Shown here: piece after piece, positions 45,707-50,137 of the stretch | Layout: each line of letters starts with the position of its first letter | Numbering within the stretch: the stretch's first letter is position 1 | NCBI GenBank assembly: GCA_043803845.1 | Contig: JAZDJT010000006.1 | Location: 1 to 50,137 of the forward strand | Direction of reading: 5' to 3' | Source: Patescibacteria group bacterium | GTDB lineage: Bacteria > Patescibacteriota > Minisyncoccia > Minisyncoccales > GCA-002788555 | Length of the DNA stretch: 50,137 bases | Position numbers and translations under genes: made by a program | The notes under the pieces: generated by a model | The model's input: the letters and a program-made list of their open reading frames with translations, nothing else | Database searches by the model: none | What the model was told of the DNA's origin: nothing

Positions 45707-46216
45707 TTGGAAAATATCGAGGAGATAAGGAAAAAAGTCAGACAGATGGTAGATAAAGCTGGTAATCATGTGGAAAAGGGCATAGAAGACCTCGTAATAG
45801 GTCTTCAGTGGCTAAAAATAGCTACCAAGAGTTCTTGTGAAGGACACTTGACTCATGGAGGAAAATATCCTTGGATAGATGTGTCTTTTTCCGAGGCGGA
45901 AAAAATCTGCCAGATAGTTTTCTGGCAAAACAAATCGCAGACATCCTCTAAAGCGCAGAACAGAAATACATGGATTATTCGACCAGGTGTATTCCTAAGA
46001 TTGATTCCGGAGAATAGAAACCTACCCTTGGAAAGACTGCAAAAATTTGCTCAAGAATTCGGTCTCGCGTTGCAGAGAATCCGTATTGAATTGTCAGAAG
46101 GAAAACCCTTCCAGCTAGAAACTATCAGCATGTCTCTTCCAAATATAGAGAACATAGAGACATGCTTTTTTATTTTCAATAATCTCTCTTTTTGTTTATT
46201 TTTTAAATTTTGTTAA
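45707..46216 (+). CDS. Hypothetical protein
   Basis: The ORF is open from GTG 45668, but a -10 TATAAT lies at 45673-45678. TTG 45707 is preceded by GGAGGTG with 6-nt spacing, giving a 169-aa product. No family recognised. Confidence 0.5.
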   Translation: MENIEEIRKKVRQMVDKAGNHVEKGIEDLVIGLQWLKIATKSSCEGHLTHGGKYPWIDVSFSEAEKICQIVFWQNKSQTSSKAQNRNTWIIRPGVFLRLIPENRNLPLERLQKFAQEFGLALQRIRIELSEGKPFQLETISMSLPNIENIETCFFIFNNLSFCLFFKFC

Positions 46217-46250
46217 TATTAGATAAGGATAAATAATTAATAGAAAAAAT

Positions 46251-46472
46251 ATGAAAAACAAAATTATATTTATAACTATCGTAGTAATAATTTTAATCAT
46301 AATTGGTTTTATTTGGTATATCTATTCAACTCCTAGCAGAAACGGCTCTAATGACTCTTGTCAGGACCTTTGTGGCGACGGGATTTGCCAGGAGGTCGTC
46401 TGCGCGGCAATTGGCTGTCCCTGCGCTGAAAGTTCAAAAAATTGTCCGCTGGATTGCCCACCCTCATTATAG
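46251..46472 (+). CDS. Small membrane-anchored or secreted Cys-rich protein
   Basis: 73 aa with an N-terminal hydrophobic helix, then 10 Cys in 37 residues, including CGDGICQ and CPLDCP. Confidence 0.6.
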   Translation: MKNKIIFITIVVIILIIIGFIWYIYSTPSRNGSNDSCQDLCGDGICQEVVCAAIGCPCAESSKNCPLDCPPSL

Positions 46473-46491
46473 TGAAAACCACTCTCCTTAA

Positions 46492-46839
46492 ATGACTAAA
46501 AAGATAAACAAAAAGGACGTCAAGCCGAAAATAGACCCTTGCGGATTGCTAAGAGAGCTTTGTAATTCAGAAAATGTCAGCATCGCTCATGATACCGTTC
46601 TGGGCACCGCCAAGGAGCATATGCACCATCAGATGGAAGAAATATATTACGTAGAAAAAGGTGAAGGACAATTGGTTATTGACAAGGAAATTTTAGATAT
46701 CACAGAAGGGGATTTAATCCCAATTCCTAAAAATACCTGGCACTACCTAAAGAAAATAGCTGGTAAAAACCTTGAAGTTTTGGTTATAACTCATCCAAAA
46801 TACATTCCTGAGGATTTAATTTTAAAGAAAAATAAATAA
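46492..46839 (+). CDS. Single-domain cupin protein (copy 2)
   Basis: 115 aa with EHMHHQMEEIYYVEKGEG and GDLIPIPKNTWHYL. By eye it is about half identical to copy 1 along its whole length. Confidence 0.75.
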   Translation: MTKKINKKDVKPKIDPCGLLRELCNSENVSIAHDTVLGTAKEHMHHQMEEIYYVEKGEGQLVIDKEILDITEGDLIPIPKNTWHYLKKIAGKNLEVLVITHPKYIPEDLILKKNK

Positions 46840-46849
46840 AAAATAAAAC

Positions 46850-47404
46850 ATGGAAATATCGAAAAAATTACCGCAATTTAATGAAGAAAAGGTTTTAATT
46901 ATCACCGTCGGAGGATTAGAGATGAAGTTTTATTTGGCTCAAGATGGTGTTATCGAAGAGGTATCAGAATTTAAGTTGTCTCGGCCTCAATTCAAAGATA
47001 AACCTGGTTTTTTTATGTCGCGAGGCACAAATAAAGTTTTTCGAGCAAGTTCTGTTGAATTGCCAATAAAAAGAAAATTGGAAAAAAGTTTCTTGGAAAA
47101 TTTTAGGAAAATTATCCAACGTATCTTTAATAAAAACATCGATAGTGAAAAAAAAATAGACTATCTATATATTTTTTCACCGCCACACCTTTTTAATAAA
47201 GTGAAAGAAGAATTACCAGTAGCTTTTTCAAGAAAAGTAAAAAAGTATTTTAAGGGCGATTATTTCCACAAACACCCTTTCGAAATATTAGGAGAAATAG
47301 AAAAAGCAAAGAGAGGACCTACCACCTTTGCAAGAGAAGAGGAAGAGAAAATCTTTAAGGAATCGGAGCAGGCAAGAAAATTTTCAAGAGGCAGAAAACG
47401 ATAA
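46850..47404 (+). CDS. Host-attachment-protein / baeRF1 (bacterial eRF1-like) family protein
   Basis: 184 aa. VLIITVGGLEMKFYL, DKPGFFMSRG, YLYIFSPPHLFNKVKEEL and the ...HKHPFEIL pattern match my recollection of Pfam Host_attach. Confidence 0.5.
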   Translation: MEISKKLPQFNEEKVLIITVGGLEMKFYLAQDGVIEEVSEFKLSRPQFKDKPGFFMSRGTNKVFRASSVELPIKRKLEKSFLENFRKIIQRIFNKNIDSEKKIDYLYIFSPPHLFNKVKEELPVAFSRKVKKYFKGDYFHKHPFEILGEIEKAKRGPTTFAREEEEKIFKESEQARKFSRGRKR

Positions 47405-47456
47405 TTATCTAAAAATTTTTAATTTAAAAGGTCAAAAAAAAATAATTTTTTTTAAA

Positions 47457-47699
47457 ATGACCGCTCGTCGGTCAAAAAAAATGATAGTAGGAGCTTTCAT
47501 AATAATTTTGGGAATAATTCTCTTGCTGAAAAATATCGGAATTTTAACTGATAGCGTCTGGGATGTTTTTTGGAGCATCTTTTGGCCATCGCTGGTAATA
47601 GCTATAGGACTGAGCATGATATTTCCAAAAGGGAAGTGGTACCATTGCTGTGGTATGAACTGGGGTAAAGAAAAGGAAAAAGAAGACATAAAAAAGTAA
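47457..47699 (+). CDS. DUF5668 / LiaF-N-like small membrane protein
   Basis: 80 aa from ATG 47457. It has two TM helices (GAFIIILGIILLLKNIG...FWPSLVIAIGLSMIF), as in the LiaI/LiaF-like TM module. Confidence 0.5.
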   Translation: MTARRSKKMIVGAFIIILGIILLLKNIGILTDSVWDVFWSIFWPSLVIAIGLSMIFPKGKWYHCCGMNWGKEKEKEDIKK

Positions 47700-47713
47700 A
47701 GAAGGTAAAAACT

Positions 47714-48796
47714 ATGAAAGTTATTTTTATAGTAATCATTGTTTTAATTCTGGTCGCTGGCTTTCTATCTTATCAATACTGGTGGTTGCCGCAGCAAAAA
47801 ACAAAAGAAGGAGGGGGGACTACTTTACAGGAAAAATCATGCCTTGACTCCGGAGGCAGCATTTCTACTTCATTATGCTGTAAAACTGCCGCTGATTTTC
47901 CTAATACTTGCACTATCGACGCCTGCGGCTGTTCAGCTGACAACAGCCATCAGGTTAAAATCTGTAATTGTGGCACCGATAAATGTTTTAATGGTAATAA
48001 ATGTACAAACATAGCGGTGACTAAAGATAATACTTCTGGATGGAAAACTTATAAGAATAGTACTTACAATTTCGAATTAAAATATCCCAATAATTGGTAC
48101 TACCACATTAGCGATTTCAGCGAAGTAAAACGTCAAATGATATGCTTCAACCCCCAAGAACTAAGCGAGGACGACTGCTCTGTCCCTTTAATCATAGATT
48201 GGGATAACTTATTAGAGAGCATGTATAATACCGCTAAAAATAATTTTCAAAAGGATGCTACTATCAAAGAATCGACTTTGTCTGTCGGCGGCGTCCAAGC
48301 TAAAGTCATTGACGTCACAGCCCAAACCGGCATCATCAAAACAATTTTCTTTGAGAAAAATGACGTAGTCTATAATTTTGCCATGGAAGCGGGGCATGAA
48401 TCATACTTCGGTAATATGGTATCTAGCTTTAAATTCAATGAGGTAAAGGTAATAAATGGCTTTATTGAGGGTTCTTTGAGCTATCCCAGCGAGTTTATTC
48501 CTGAAGACATGGTCATCTGCGCTGAAAATACCATCACCAAAAAATCCTATTGCGCTGAAGAGCATCTAGATAACGACAAATACACTTATAAAATAGGCTA
48601 CAAAATCGAAGTACCAGCAGGAGAATATCTTGTTTACGCCTACCTTCCAGACGATAAAGATTATAAAGCTTATTATTCGGAGTTTGTTACCTGCGGTTTT
48701 GATATCAAATGCCCTTCTCACGAACCAATAAAAGTTACCGTTCAGGCCAATAAGACCAGTGCTAATATAGACCCGCAAGACTGGTACAATCAATAA
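47714..48796 (+). CDS. Membrane-anchored or secreted protein with an N-terminal Cys-rich module
   Basis: 360 aa. It has a TM or signal anchor, then CLDSGG..LCCKT...CTIDACGCSADN..KICNCGTDKCFNGNKC, followed by WKTYKNSTYNFELKYPNNW-type and C-terminal beta-rich domains. Confidence 0.6.
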   Translation: MKVIFIVIIVLILVAGFLSYQYWWLPQQKTKEGGGTTLQEKSCLDSGGSISTSLCCKTAADFPNTCTIDACGCSADNSHQVKICNCGTDKCFNGNKCTNIAVTKDNTSGWKTYKNSTYNFELKYPNNWYYHISDFSEVKRQMICFNPQELSEDDCSVPLIIDWDNLLESMYNTAKNNFQKDATIKESTLSVGGVQAKVIDVTAQTGIIKTIFFEKNDVVYNFAMEAGHESYFGNMVSSFKFNEVKVINGFIEGSLSYPSEFIPEDMVICAENTITKKSYCAEEHLDNDKYTYKIGYKIEVPAGEYLVYAYLPDDKDYKAYYSEFVTCGFDIKCPSHEPIKVTVQANKTSANIDPQDWYNQ

Positions 48797-48825
48797 ATTA
48801 AGGGCGTCATTTTAAGAATTAGACC

Positions 48826-48854
48826 TTGACGATAAAACTTAAATGTGATATAAA
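48826..48854 (+). promoter_or_regulatory. Putative promoter of the 48883 gene
   Basis: TTGACG (48826-48831), 17 nt ending in TGA, TATAAA (48849-48854). This is extended -10-like. Confidence 0.5.
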
Positions 48855-48882
48855 AGGGCAGCACAAAAGGAGTGAATGAATA

Positions 48883-49218
48883 GTGAAAACAATCAAGGTT
48901 TGGATATACAAAAAGATATCAGGAGATGGCAAAAAAGAAATCTTCGGTGTGACGGTGATGACAGACACTCAACTACATTGGCCCGAAACGCAAAGCTTTG
49001 ACTGCCAGTGCCGAGAGGATATCTCAATCATCCTAATCAATCTGCGTAAAAAAATTAATAACTCTGACATTCTGGGAATCAGTTTTGAACCACCCTGGGA
49101 ATACGAAATTAAATCAGATGGACTGACTATCTACCAACGCCTCACGGACAACGAAAAGTTCCGAACAATGACCGAGTATAGAAAAATTGGTGATAAATTA
49201 CCAAGACCTTACTCATAA
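48883..49218 (+). CDS. Hypothetical protein
   Basis: 111 aa from GTG, with AAAGGAG upstream and its own promoter and terminator. No family recognised. Confidence 0.45.
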   Translation: MKTIKVWIYKKISGDGKKEIFGVTVMTDTQLHWPETQSFDCQCREDISIILINLRKKINNSDILGISFEPPWEYEIKSDGLTIYQRLTDNEKFRTMTEYRKIGDKLPRPYS

Positions 49219-49228
49219 ACTCCTACGC

Positions 49229-49265
49229 GCGGTTCTTAAATATATATGAACCGCTTTTTCTTTTT
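49229..49265 (+). terminator. Terminator after the 48883 gene
   Basis: GCGGTTC-(12 nt)-GAACCGC followed by TTTTTCTTTTT. Confidence 0.65.
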
Positions 49266-49370
49266 AATAAATCTCTGGCCTTTATAATTTTTAATGTTTT
49301 TTTTATAATGGGACTGTCAGTCTAATAAACTAACAAAAGGCCTAAATATAAAGTTAAAAAAAATAAAATT

Positions 49371-50108
49371 ATGGAATTTAAAAATAAAGTGGCAATCGTC
49401 ACCGGCTCTCGCCAAGGAATTGGTTATGGCATAGTTCTCGCCTTGGCTAAAGAGGGCTGCGATGTGGTGGTCAGCGATATCAACCAAGAAGATTGCGAGA
49501 AGGTCGTTAAAGAGATAGAAGATATGGGCGTTAAAGGATTAGCGGTTAAATGCGATGTCTCCCAGAAAGAAGAGGTGGATAATTTAATCAGCAAAACAAT
49601 GGAAAAATTTGGGCGCTTGGATATCCTGGTCAATAACGCCGGCATTTACCCCTTTGTTCCATTCCTGAAAATGACTGAGGAAAACTGGGACAAGGTTTTA
49701 GATGTCAATCTGAAAAGCGTATTTTTTTGCTCGCAGGCCGCTGCAAAAGTGATGAAAGATAATAGTAAAATCATTAGCATTTCTTCAATAGCTGCCTTGG
49801 TTGGTTTTGAGGGTTTAACCCATTACTGTGCTTCCAAAGGTGGAATAATCAGCATGACCAGGGCTTTGGCCCTGGAAATGGTGCCAAAGAAGATCAACGT
49901 GAATGCTATCGCTCCTGGCGCCATTGATACTCCTGGAGCAAGCCAGTCATCTGAAGAAGTAAGAAAACAGACTATAGCGATGATTCCTCTGGCCAGAATG
50001 GGTAAGCCGGAAGATATCGCCAATACTGCAGTTTTTTTGGCTTCGGAAAAATCTAACTATATTACTGGCCAGACAATCGTTGTTGATGGCGGTTGGTTAC
50101 TTAGATAA
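49371..50108 (+). CDS. Short-chain dehydrogenase/reductase (FabG-like 3-oxoacyl reductase)
   Basis: Has TGSRQGIGYGI (TGxxxGIG), NNAG and YCASKGG (YxxxK), with the C-terminus GQTIVVDGGW. Confidence 0.87.
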   Translation: MEFKNKVAIVTGSRQGIGYGIVLALAKEGCDVVVSDINQEDCEKVVKEIEDMGVKGLAVKCDVSQKEEVDNLISKTMEKFGRLDILVNNAGIYPFVPFLKMTEENWDKVLDVNLKSVFFCSQAAAKVMKDNSKIISISSIAALVGFEGLTHYCASKGGIISMTRALALEMVPKKINVNAIAPGAIDTPGASQSSEEVRKQTIAMIPLARMGKPEDIANTAVFLASEKSNYITGQTIVVDGGWLLR

Positions 50109-50137
50109 GCAAAGTATAAAGACCGAAAAATTAATAA

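Noticed and set aside
46303-46491. 62-aa alternative-frame ORF overlapping the Cys-rich peptide gene.
   Set aside because: It is fully nested in and overlapping the 46251 ORF, which has a clear TM + Cys-rich architecture. The alternative frame has no recognisable features.
47328-47456. N-terminal 43 codons of the 123-aa ORF, overlapping the baeRF1-like gene end.
   Set aside because: This highly basic read-through overlaps the 3' end of the upstream gene. The hydrophobic DUF5668-like protein starts naturally at ATG 47457.
1-50137. I looked for CRISPR arrays, transposases/IS ends, integrases, rRNA genes and signs of UGA recoding.
   Set aside because: There are no spaced direct-repeat arrays and no transposase- or integrase-like ORFs. 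Conserved genes are uninterrupted under the standard code, and several genes terminate at TGA (for example rpmJ), which argues against code 25 or code 4.

Overview
This is an AT-rich, very gene-dense bacterial chromosome segment that uses the standard genetic code. Gene content and order point to a reduced-genome, anaerobic Patescibacteria/CPR-like organism (inference only). About 42 kb is housekeeping core. It holds efp, leuS, glmS, rpoB-rpoC, ftsK, eno, tpiA, valS, holB, frr and rseP. It also holds the infA-rpmJ-rpsM-rpsK-rpsD-rpoA-rplQ-rplM-rpsI block, lepB, fba, rplY, ftsA-ftsZ, nrdD-nrdG, plsY, rplI, pyrG and rpmA. I found no rRNA, tRNA, CRISPR array, transposase or integrase. The main anomaly is a roughly 1.4 kb ORF-free locus (42.7-44.1 kb) between rpmA and the next gene. 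It carries two exact TTGACA-N17-TATAAT promoters on the + strand. Each drives a non-coding transcript of about 350-400 nt that ends at a near-identical 33-nt terminator module. The second transcript has a 283-nt core closed by a perfect 12-bp helix, with several long-range helices and a likely pseudoknot. By eye I could not assign it to RNase P, tmRNA, SRP, 6S or T-box RNA. Downstream (44.1-49.2 kb) is a small accessory islet of poorly characterised genes. It contains two diverged copies of a 'small membrane-anchored protein + single-domain cupin' pair and Cys-rich secreted proteins. It also contains a host-attachment/baeRF1-like protein, a DUF5668/LiaF-like mini-membrane protein and an overlapping membrane-protein/zinc-ribbon pair. 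Other notable points are an ASCH/PUA-like domain inserted in ValRS where the zinc-knuckle insert normally sits, a holB frameshift in a T9 run, a truncated plsY remnant plus a motif-divergent plsY, rpmA without rplU behind a structured leader, and twin identical-stem hairpins in the infA leader.
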